Positions 40,401 through 52,900 of a stretch of DNA of 64,000 bases are shown one piece after another. Under the pieces are notes generated by a model. It had not been told where the DNA came from and searched no databases. It saw only the letters and a list, made by a program, of their open reading frames with translations. This stretch comes from Octopus vulgaris (Eukaryota): assembly GCA_951406725.2 (NCBI GenBank), contig OX597817.1, positions 113,646,001 through 113,710,000 on the forward strand, written 5' to 3'. The position numbers and the translations under genes are program-made. Every line of letters begins with the position of its first letter. Within the stretch, counting starts at the first letter, position 1.

Positions 40401-43400
40401 TAAATCCTAATTTATATTAGAATTTCTAATTTCAAATAAATTTGTGTCTCTTATCATTGAATTCTGTGTTAGGAAGTTGTTTCTCACATCTACAGTTTCT
40501 ACATGTGGCCATTTTGTTCTCATACGCACTAGTAGAGAGTTTGGATCACTAAGTTGAGAGAGTAATATCATCCAAGAGGTCTGCAGTTTACATTCTATTA
40601 TTGGCACTGCATTGTCTGTGGCCAAGGCACTTAACTATTAAATGCTGAGTTAATCTATCTGTAAGTAGGCACTGCAGAATACAAGCATCTAATGCTATAA
40701 GAAGTTGCAGCAGTGTAAATTTGAAGAGTGGTTCATTAACTTGCTCTGCCGTGATCAAATATTTGTATGGGCATGGTCAGAAGAAGAGTTAGGTTTCACT
40801 TGTCAATAATGTTGATTACCAGTTGATGGCTGTCTTTGGTCATGAAAGAATGAAATGATATTGACCCAATCATCTGCCAATTGGAGAGATTTTCAAAAAA
40901 ATAAAGGACATATCAGTATATATTATATTGACCAATAGTATCTCTCCTGCTTTCATCAGTCTGTTTAACTATATGAAGACTTTTTGTCTTCTACAACTTC
41001 TAAGTGGAAAACCACATCATAAACTCCTATAAAAATTAAGGGCAAGCAGTTTTTTACTTCAGCTCTACTGTTCTCTTATAATCTGTAAAATGGTTGTGTG
41101 ATAAAGGTGCATCACCATCATCATAATATGTTCACTTTTCTATGCTTGAATGGGTCAAATGAAATTTGTTGAGGCAGATTTTCTACAGCAGGATGCCCTT
41201 CCTGTTGCCAATCCCCTCTGGTTTCCGAGTAGGGTAATATTTCCTATGGCCAGACATTTTCTGCAGAAGACTTGAAATGAATAACATCGCTGGTATGATG
41301 ATAATGTTCATTTTCAACCATCATGTGATGTCAAAACAAGGACACAATGTGTGCATGCATGTGCAATAGGCTTTTTAGTTTCCATCTGCTAAATTTACTC
41401 ATGAGGCTTTTTCAGAAATTCAGATCTTCAGCCATTATGTTGTACTCTTGATCAAAGCATAAAATTCTACTTGTTTTATGTTGCTTAAGTGATTTAAAGA
41501 GGAGTTCTACTTTCTATTTCCATAAGATTTACTAATTTTTTTCTTTTTTTATATGCAGGAAGCTGTCCAAAGTGCTATCCCCACTGATGTATGTTCACCA
41601 TCTGTAGACAGAATTGCATTTGATACAACAATAGTTACAACAACCCCTTCCGCCATAGCTACTGCCACTTCTACCACAAACACCACTCCAACAGGTTACC
41701 ATGTTTCATATAATGATAATGAAACCAGTTACTCTAAGTCTTACTCCTTGTCGTCAACATCTACATCTGCCTTGTTTAAATCTGATTCATTTTCTGAAAT
41801 GGGCTACTCTCAGCAGACAGTTTCTCCCTACCAGTTAAAGTTCATTGTGGAACACAAAAATGACTTTGTTGATTTATCTATAGAGAATACAAAAACTGTT
41901 GGTAGGTAAAAAGTATTCTTTTTCCCCTTCTAACAAAACATCTTTTGTGTTACAAAAGCATTGCATTCTTGAAAATCCTTGCTATAACTTGAAGCCCATG
42001 TCATGAAACCTATTTTCCCATTGATAGGAAAATACATTTAGTGTTACAGAGCTCTAAATGGTCATTATCCTATATGGCAAGATTTTAAGTAATGCAATGC
42101 TTTTGTAATATTGGGATGACTTTTTTTCTGTTTTTTTTCATAATGATTTTAGTCATTTTTATGTACTATATTCTTTGTGTTTCTCATTCCTTATAGTAAC
42201 GATCGTTGATATTCTCTGACTGATTTCAATCATTGGGTTGCAACCATACTTGGGCTGTTGAAGTTAAATTTTTTATTTTTTTAGTTGAGTATATTTGCTC
42301 AGCCTGGTATTTATTTTAGTACTTTATGCTAGGAGAATAGGGAGCAGAGCAGGTAAAGTAATCTCAGTTTATCAACTGACTAAGTTTATTTATTTTTTTC
42401 CATAAAGAGATGCATCTCATTACCTCAAGGTATTTTTGTTTGATGCCCCAAATTTACACGCATGCACACACACACATACATACATACAATCATGAGCTTC
42501 TGTGTAGTTTCCCTCAACCAAACTCCACTCATATGATATTGATCAACTCAAGACATCTGCCCAAGTGCAGCTCAGTGGAGTCAAAGCTGGAGTCACACAG
42601 TCACAAAGTATGCTTCATAACTGAGAAACTAATATCTTGAAATATATATAGGACCTGATATCATTTAGCCTGTCTGGTCAACCCTGATCAACCAAGCCTA
42701 TAGACTAAGGCAGTCCGATTGCTGCCATCCCACAACTTGCAAATTAATTAAGATGCAACTGAGATGAAAAGAGTGACAGAAGATTTTGTTATTAAAAATG
42801 ACAGAATAAAAAAAGTAATATTAATCTGTTTATCTAGTTAAAGAATTGAATAATACTAATTAGTATAAACTTTAAAAAAATTAGTTTCAATTAACTAATG
42901 TCTTCATTAAATAAATAAATGGGTTAATAAAATTCTTAAAATAAGTTCATTTACTGTAATGTCTTATGCCACTGATTGTTCTTAAGTATCTCTTAAATGA
43001 AAATTATCTGACTACATGTTAGTGTCTTTGTTATAACACTGTGTAATATGATCTCTATCCTTGGGTAGCAGCTGTTATTTCCTATGTGCTTACTCCTAGG
43101 AAGTATGAAAACTTTGCTTTTCTTACATTTATTCAAATACCAAAGAATCCCTCTCAACACATGGCTATGATGCTCTCCTACTACTCCTGCTCATGATCAG
43201 AGATCTCATGTCATCCATTGAGGGACATGCTTAAGTGGTTAAACTCAAGCAACTGTCAAGCAAATCTGTGGTGTTGAGCAGATTATTCGTCTTAATGATA
43301 TTTCTGCTTCAGCATCTCAATGCTGAAGCTGTCTGAAATGTAATGAAAAATAGGTCCATTTCAAAACATTGATGTCCAGATCACAAAAGCAAAGTTTAAA

Positions 43401-46400
43401 GGAAATAGAAGTCATTTCCTTTGATTTCTAGATAAAAGCTAAGAGAGAATAACTTACTGGCCAAAGACATAGAAGAAAAAAATTTGTTACACAGTGTAAT
43501 TATTTCTAACATCATTTTTTGGAAATGATAGAAAAACTTGATTAAAATATTTTGATCATTCAAAACCCTATTTATTTATTTTGATGGTTTGATGTCCATC
43601 CTATTATAAATCATAGATAGAATGATCTCCATATATTTACTATGGTGGCATTGTGAAGCACTAAACTAAAAGCTGTCATTGCTTCTTATTGTAATAACAT
43701 TGCTTGACTTATTCCTATATAGACTTTTAAAGAATTTATCACATTTTGAAAATGTTGAGTGAGTTCAGGTTTTAAAACTACAAGACTACTAAGTCTTTTA
43801 TCATGGGGTGAGTTTTATTGGAGATGTACTCGCATAGCAAGTGATTTGATCTGAGATCGTGTGCTGGAACGAAAACAATTGCAGCGTGGAAGCCATTTAA
43901 GAAACACACAAAAGCCATTTGATTCACTTCAACATTTAAGTTTAATTTGTCAAAATATTTTCGTCGCTAAAATCCGCGACCTGTTCGCTGACATAAATCC
44001 GTGCTGCATCTCTGTTTTATTATTTGTTGGATTACCAATGAACACTTCTTTTCCTTTTAGTTATTGAAGGAAATCTTGTTGAGTCAAGAATCTTGCAAAC
44101 CAAATATCAAAGGAAAGACATACTAAAGTATTTTACTCTCACTTCCGTTCTGAAAAGACATGAAATAATTTTAGCATAGCAAACTTACAACCCACAATTA
44201 GGAAAGGTTAATTAAGTTAATAATAATTATGTACACCTTTATAAATTATATTTGTTTATAGCCATATGTAATTTTTTTTATCTAATTCTGCTAAACAACT
44301 AAGTTCTCCCTACATTTTGCAGTGATGAACATATCGAATTGCAGTAAAATATATTGGTCCATTGAGAATTGCTTTTACCAGGCACACTGCATGGCTTGAG
44401 AATGAGGCTCAAACAATTAGCATTTTTACTCAGCCAGTTACCTCATTCCAGTTTGCTTCATTATCACTTATTCTTTCATATCACTGAAAACTAGATCTTT
44501 AGATTGGTTTGTTACATTTCTGGCAAATGAACTCTCCTCATTCCCTCCAAATTTTCAGTTTCAGCTGGGTCTCAAAATCAGAACTTCCTTTGTGGCAAAA
44601 GAAGTGTCAACTGTTTCAAATAAATGTTTTTTTTCCCTTTGTACTTTCCCAGGATTTTTGAAAAAAGAATTATCTCGGCGTCTAAGTATACCTGTGAATT
44701 ACCTTCAATTGAAAGGTTGGCCTTCATGTAGTAAAATAACAGATTCGGTTAGTATCCTATTTTATTCTAATTTCTGTATTTAACATGTCATTATTAATTC
44801 TTAGAGCAATCACCAATCACTAAATGAAATATGTTATTTTGTATTTGAAATAACAGATAAGTTTTATTTCGCTTTAATTCACATAAAAAAAAGACACCAT
44901 TTTCTGCTAAGTTCTAATTCCTTTATCATACGGTGGTGCCCCAGCATGGCCGCAGCTTTTGGTCTGAAACATTTTTAAGGATTTATATCTTCCTCCTAAT
45001 TTCATTTCATTTTAGGCTTTGCATACTGGTTGTGTCTGTTTTGTCTTTTTGTTATTATGAGTAACAAGTGTGGTGTGTGAGATTATTTTTTTTATTCTTT
45101 TTCCATATTTGCAGTGCATTTTGAATGAATTAAATTTACCCCAAGAAACCAAATTAAAAGTACATAACACACAAAATAAAGCTGCAACATCATCTCAGAC
45201 AGGATCTAGAAATACAGTTACTGCTGACAGGTGAGTTCTAATGTTTTTCCTCTTATACCTTAGTAAACTTTAACTTAATGGTGTATTTACTAGTCATTCT
45301 TTCCACAATTGTATGTAGACTTTTTGTGGGGGAACATCTTGAAGAATGGTGATGTTAACTTCCACAAAATGGAAATGGCATCAGGACTTCTACATTGTGT
45401 GTATGCATGTGCAAGTAGTGTATATGTGAATGAATAGAGCACTTAGTTCCTCATTCTCTATATGTTATTTGGTACAAGCCATTATACTCTGATTACTTAT
45501 AGATCATATTAAGACATTGGGAAGATTTCTCTAATGATAAAACCTAAACTCACTATACTTTATGAAGTGAATCATTCTAAAGGAATAAATTAAGAGTGAA
45601 GTCTGAAACTCATCATCATCATCATCATCATCATTTAGTGTCCGCTTTCCATGCTAGCATGGGTTGGACGGTTCAACTGGGATCTGGGAAGCCAGAAGGC
45701 TGCACCAGGCCCAGTCTGATCTGGCAATGTTTCTACGGCTGGATGCCCTTCCTAACGCCAACCACTCCGTGAGTGTAGTGGGTGCTTTTTACGTGCCAGA
45801 CGGGGCTGGCAAACGGCCACGGTCGGATAGTGCTTTTTACGTGCCACCAAACGAATATAGATTTATAAAAGATTATATTCATCTAAATACTGTAAAAATG
45901 TGATGAGCATTAGTACATCATTAGTCTTCTATATGATACATCACCATTAACATTTTAAAGTCTGCTTATCCACTTCTTCCCATGTCTTCCTTACTTTTCT
46001 TCTTCCATGGATTGCCTTCTTATTTCAGTGCATTACTTTTTCACATCAGTATACCTATTTGCATTACATGTTCATCTAGTACAGCCACCTTTCCCCCTCA
46101 CACAGTTGTTCAACCTACAAGAAATTACATTCCTCTCTGACCACATCCTTATCATCATCATTGTTTAAAGTCCTCTTTCCATGCTAGCATGGGTTGGATG
46201 ATTTGACATGGAGCTGGCCAGCAGGGAGCTGTCCAGGCTCCAACTATCTGTTGCAGCATGGTTTCTATGGCCAGATGCTCTCTTCCTAACGCCAACCACA
46301 GTGTGCTGGGTAGTTTTTTTTTTTTTTTAAATAAAAGTTGGGGTTTGCATTCATTTCATTACATCTGAATAAAAGATGGGTGTTCATGGCTTTAACATCT

Positions 46401-46875
46401 TTGATTAGAAGTCTGTTTGATTTGAAATTGACCTGAGGTCAAATAACATCAGCATGCCCTAATACATTTTCAGTTTACTTGTGCTCTTTCTTCTATGCAC
46501 ATCCAGTGAATCATGTTTAAAACTCCAACATTCATCCCCCAATTCTCACCACTATCCTGATTCTTCTTTTTTTTTTTTTAATTTGCTGTTTTACTTTGCT
46601 AACACAAGGAACATTGATTATAGATGCATATTATTTTCCAAAACTATCATGTAATATTATTTTACAAAAATAACTTAGAATTTATTAACAACTTTGATTT
46701 TCTATTATTTTTCAGTTCTAAAACAACTTCCACTTCATTTGGTGTCTCTGATAATTCCAATAGTCAAAAGGTATGAGTTTATGCTTTTCTCTCTTTTCCC
46801 CTACCTCAACAGTTTCCTTTGTTTATAATCAGTAGTAATTCAAATTGTATACTCTACAAATGAGCTTGCTCATTT

Positions 46876-46912
<37 letters not shown>

Positions 46913-49900
46913 CAAGTAAGTGATGTATAGTTGAGATGACAGTGATTGATGTCAATAAAATAGTGATCTGAGGCAGTGTTTAGGAGGATAAGTGTTGAGG
47001 GTGTATTGGGTACCAATAGAACCAATGCAGTTTCTCTTTACACAGCTATTGTGATACAAAGCAGAGAGAAGTAGAAGAGTAGCTTGAGTATGGACAGATC
47101 TCTCCATACTTGCATGAGTGATCTGATTTTCTACATCACTGCATGTTGCCAATCATCTTGGTCCCTTGCCATCCCTTCCATGACAAACAACATCATGACA
47201 TTATTTTTCACCACTTCACTCCATGCCTTCTTCTGTCATCCTCTTGCATAGGTTTCGTTCACTTTCAGTTACGATCACTTCTTTCTATAGTTGTCATTCA
47301 CTATATGCATCACATGCCTATACCAGTGCAGCCCTTCTCTCTTGCACCCTATATCTGATTCCTCTTATATTGAATTTTTCTCTCAGTTCCTACTCTGTTA
47401 CTCATTACACATTCAGTGATGCATTTTCACTTCATTTCAAGTCTTCACAAATCCTGTGTATTCAAAGCCCACATCTTGCTACCATGCAACATTATATTCC
47501 ATATACAAACAGTATACAATGTACCCTTTTTCTCTGAAGGAGAAGCCCTTTGTTACTATCAAAGGTAATATTTTCCTGAGTTTTCTCCAGCCTGTTCTTA
47601 TTAGTTACCATGCTTTTAGGTCACCTCGGTAACAAAAGCTGCCAACTACTTCCAGGTTTTTTTTTTTTTTTCTCGCTTTTTTTCAAGCCTAGCCAGGCTC
47701 GTTGGGCCTGGTTTCCCGGTTTCTATGGTGTTTGTGTTCCCCCCAGCTGGACGGGACGCCAGTCCATCGCAATGTTACTCAAGAAACAAGAAGAAAGAGT
47801 GAAAGAAAGTTGGGACAAAAGAGTACAACAGGGGTCACCACCAGCCCCTGCCAGAGCCTCGTGGAGCTTTAGGTGTTTTCGCTCACTAAACACACACAAT
47901 GCCTGGTCTGGGAATCGAAACCGCAATCCTCCGGCCACGAGTCTGCTGCCCTAACCACTAGGCCATTGCACCTCGACACTTCCAGGTTACCTTCTGAGTA
48001 TTTGAGAGAATCTATTTCCCATGTGTTCTTTGTGCTTAATGTCTATTGCATATGAAGTCTACTGTTTTTTTTTTTTTTGTTAGCCTACCTGTAATCTCAC
48101 TACTCTTTTGATGTGCCCATTATTTACATTGAATACATCAAAAGTGGAATAGATTTCCATCTACTTCTTTTCTCCATATCAAGCATGGCCATTTCCCTGA
48201 TGATAACAGTCCAGTCTTTTCAAGGTTTACTTTGAGCCTCTTGATTCCAAATTTTGCTTTCAAATCAAGAATTTTTTCTCTAAAACTACAGATCCAGTAG
48301 GAAAAGCTGTTGTCAATTTATAGAAGTTTTCTTGGACTGTAAACTTTAAACTGTCGTATGGACACATAAAAAGAGTAGTGAGATTACAGGCAGGCTAACA
48401 AAAAAATTCAGACTTCATATGCAATAGACATTAAGCACAAAGTAGATGAGTCCCTCATGGACCCGTCATTGCCAACTCTCATAAATTCTAGGAATTGGGG
48501 CTTTGTCCTAGCTAAGTGCTTTTCCTGCAGCTAAGTGAACTAGAGTAACGTGAAATAAAGTGTCTTGCTCTAGAGCACAACACACAGCCTAGTTTTGGAA
48601 TCAAACTCCCAACCTCCTCATTGTGAACTCAACGTGCTAACCACTGATTTGGGTGATGTGTGTAAAAATCCATATTTTAATGATAAAGCAGATTTTTTAA
48701 CCCAGGGTGATCCTTTTGTGTGCTGCATATATTCTACAGGTGTGCAACAAATTTTGAAGTGAGTTACATTATATCAGGAAATTAAGAAAAACTCAAGTGT
48801 ACTTAATACATTGCACTGGTACATGTGTATTCCTTTGATGCAAAGGGATTTATTCATCCTTGTTTAACCCTTTTGTGACCATATTTTTGTTGAAATATGC
48901 TACCTTTGCTTCAATTTGTCCTCATTATCAGTATTTAATGTCCATTGTCCATCTTAGCATGGTTTGAATGGTGTGACCAGAGCTAGGGAGCTGCACCAGA
49001 CTCCAGTCTGATTTTGCATGGTTCCTATGGCTGGATGCTCTTCTTAATGCCAACCACTTTACAGTGTGTGCTGGGTGCTTTTACATGGCGCCACCATGAG
49101 TGCTTTACACTACCAGAAGGATCAGTCTTAACACTTCTGTTGTGGAGTGCAGGTCTTCTTGAGTATGGCAAGGTACCAGGTACCTCAGTCCTTCATCCGA
49201 TGTTTTCCTAGGTCTCCCACTTCCATTTGTTCCACCCACTAAATAATTTTAGCATTATTAAACAGGTGTTTTGAACAAAAAAATGAACATGAAATTTTGA
49301 TGGAAAGTTATAATTTAGATAACTTTAAAACAAGGAGCAGTCTTGGGCAGGATGGTATCAAAAGGGTTTTTTAATAATTTTTTTTTATACTTGTTTATAT
49401 AATGAAACAAGTAAAAAAGCAGATATACTGTAGAATATGTAATACCTTATTCAGTGTGCTATGGATTGAAAATTGTTAAATTGCTGCATTTGGAGGATTT
49501 GCTTGCTACATTAAGCAGGTTGAAAGGGTTTTTATGAATTTACGAACTACAGATATTTTGTCTTCACATTTCTTTCTTCAATCCTTACCTGTTTTTCTAA
49601 AGTCATAATGTCAAGAAGGAATGTCAACTCAACATCATTGTGATTTGGCTCAAGCAGTGACAAGCATGGAACATCAACATTTGTGCATGCACAAACACGA
49701 GTGATATTTTTAATTTATGAATTGACTGTTTTCGGTATTTATATAAATGATTGATGCATTCTACAGCATTGGCAGAATACTAGACATTTTTAGTTAGACT
49801 GATTGTGAAAAAGAAAGTTTTAATGATTTGGTTAAGTCAACAAACTGTACAAAGCCTTTTTTTTTTCACTCCTTCAAATCATTTTTTGATAGCTCTTTTT

Positions 49901-52900
49901 CTTAATTATAAATCGATGCTACTCAAATACAATTCATATGGTAAAACCAACTTTGAATTCTTCTAATGTGACCCTCTGTATTATTGTTCTATTAGCCAGA
50001 AAAACAGCCAAATCTTTCTCCTGTCACATCTTACTATCTTAACAATAATATAGTCTCTAGTATGAATAATATAGTCTCTAGTATGTGTATTTCACATTAT
50101 AAAAAAAGTGGAATGGCTAACATCAGGAACAGTTTTTGATCAGGACTTAGAACAACAACAAGAACCTCAAGATTTAGTGGTTGGTTTCAGATTTTTTATG
50201 CGTGATTATCAAATATTTTCATGCAGTTGGGGAGATTAGTATTTGTCTCATTACTCTCGTTTAGATGTCATTGCTAATTACTGTTTATTGCAGGACAAAG
50301 GAATGGAGATTGATGACAACGATGATGATGATGATGATGATCAAGTTGATGACTATGATGACGATGACGATGTGGATCTCATAAATGAATACATGTGGAA
50401 TGACACTCAACCTAAGTTTGGTCCATTAAGTAAGTAGTAACAATTATGAAGAAGGTATTAAGTATTAAGGGCAATGAGCTGGCAGAATCGTTAGCATGTT
50501 GGGCAAAATGCTTAGCATTTCAGCCATCTTTTCGTTCTGGGTTCAACTTGTTCCACGGCCAATTTTGCCTTTTATCCTTTCAGAGTTAATGAAATAAGTA
50601 CCAGTTGATGGTGGGGTGGGGAGGTCAATGTAATCGACTTAACACCCCCTACCTCCAAAATTACTAGTCTTGTGCTAAAATTTGAAATCAGTTATTAAGA
50701 AGGTAGATGTGTTGTTAGTGGTTATGAATTACATCCAAACTGTTTTTGTTACTTGTGTGACTCCCTTGTGTACACTTTTGCCATAACCCTTTAGCATTCA
50801 GATTGCTCTGTTAAAAGTTTTAGGAAACATTTCTTCACGCTGAGAGTTGCTGAAGCATGGAACAAACTGCCGGCATCGGTTGTTAGTTGTTGGAGCACTG
50901 CATCCTTCAAAACTTCCATGCTTTCTGAGATTCGGCAACACTACACCTGATTTCCTCCCCTCCATACACACACAAGCATGTACCTGACTCATACATTGTT
51001 CGCTTTCCAGACATTTGTACATTACTGCATACACTTTATATGCACTTTCTGACAAGTTGTGGTGCACCTGAGCACTGTATACAATAATTTCATTATTATT
51101 ATATTATTATTATTCATTGCTTTGAATTAATGCATCATCTTGTAACTTTGGAATTTCACTGTGATTGTTTATTTTTAGAATGACATTGTAGTGTAGGTGT
51201 GAGAGGCCAGATCTGGCCAGTTTGACCATAAAACAAGTAGAATATTTTGACCAGATATGGCTGGTTTAAATCCTGTAATAGTCTGGACTTTTATTTGTTG
51301 GGCCTCACAAATCAGTGTGGTAGTTTCTATGTAGTCATTTGAAATTGCTGAAAGCAGCAGCCAGATTGATCGCAAATCATTTCTCACTGTCTACTATTCT
51401 GAAGACGGAAGAACATGTTGAGTAATGCATATACAATTGATATGATGTTTGCTGGAATTCTTTTGATTTTGACTGTGAGTCTGTTTGATTAGTGCTGACC
51501 TCAGGCTAATCAACAATTACCACAAAATATTCCATTATAGTGTTATAGCTAATTTCTTGCTGTGAGCCATATATTAGTAGCTTTTCATAAAAAAGCACAT
51601 CAGTTCAAGATATGGACGTGTGTATACTGTAAAATCAGCATGAAAACTAAAACACTGGTGCTCTTCAAACAATCCTTTGCAATATTTACTCCAAGTTACA
51701 AGCACTCCTCTGTCAGTGTTGCCATTTTAAGTGCAGTGAATCACTACTGTTTGACTTGTTGCAAGCTTAACCAATGACACTGTTGTTTACAAGTTGTGAT
51801 ATGAAAACAAAACAAAAAAAGTACAATTTTACTTACTAAAAGCATTCATTTTTCTTTTACCATTTCTTAGTGCCAGAAGATTTCACAGATGAAACTGTAG
51901 CACTGGAACAGTTCACTCGTGGATTCATTGATCGGTAAGATTAAATCTTAATCCTTTAGGATTTGAGATTATTCTGTCAAATGTAATGTATATTTATTTG
52001 CAATGTTTTGATGATGTAATTATTTTCAGAATGACATTGTAGAGTAGGTGTGAAAAGCTGGATCTAGCCAGTTTGAACATAAAATAAGTAGAATGTTTGG
52101 GCTGAATATTACTGGTTTAAATGCTAAAGAGTTAAATTTAACATGGCCTTAAGATTAAGAAGTTAGCTTCACAATCATGTAAATCCAAGTTTGGTTACTG
52201 TTGTGCTAAGCCATGAGTGCTTTCTGCTATAGCTTTGGGTTAAATGAAATTTGGTCACTGGAAACTGTGGAACCCTGACTGGTGTGTGTGTGTGTGTGTG
52301 AAAGTTGTCAGTTCCGTTTCTTGCATGAGATAATCTGTGAGAAAGAAAACTGTTGTGTTTATGTTCCTGGTGAACATGACATCCTGTGCACTCTGAAAAA
52401 AAATAGTGGAATTAAAAAAAAAAATCAATTGATTGTAAAACAGGTACAGATTAGGTTTCAAAAATACTACCCAGCATAGAAAAATTGATGTGATATGTAT
52501 ATATATATATATATATTTATACTTAAAAAAAAAATTTTTTGTATGTATACGTGTAAGAAAAAATCTTTTACTATTTAAGCAACTAGTAAAACATGTTTCA
52601 CTTTGAAAACGGCTACTTGAAGCTTGAAACTCACATCAGAGTAACTCACAGTAAACATTATTTTTAAGATTAAAATATAATTATCCCCCCCCCAAAGCCA
52701 TCTCTACTCATTTTTTCAATTTCAAATATATATATGCTGGTACCACATAAAATGCACCCAGCCCACTCTGTAAGGTGGTTGGTGTTTGGAAGGACATCCA
52801 GCTGTAAAATCCTGCTAAAAGAGACAGTGAAGCCTAGTGCAGTCTTCTGCCTAGCCAGCTCCTATCAAACTGCTTAACCCATGCCAGCATTGAAAACAGA

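Noticed and set aside
47930-47977. tRNA gene
   Set aside because: The A and B boxes belong to a SINE head with TSD and poly(A) tail; no complete cloverleaf. No rRNA, tRNA or snoRNA gene could be supported in the window.
49603-49660. HNVKKECQLN peptide faintly resembling the start of FAF1 UBL2
   Set aside because: Weak AAG acceptor, stops in all three frames and similarity too low.
50310-50372. (GAT)n tract resembling retroposon tails
   Set aside because: It lies in frame within FAF1 exon 7 at the position of the acidic linker, so it is coding sequence.
52600-52645. Very degenerate hammerhead-like or Penelope terminal motif
   Set aside because: Core nucleotides and stems are too decayed to call.
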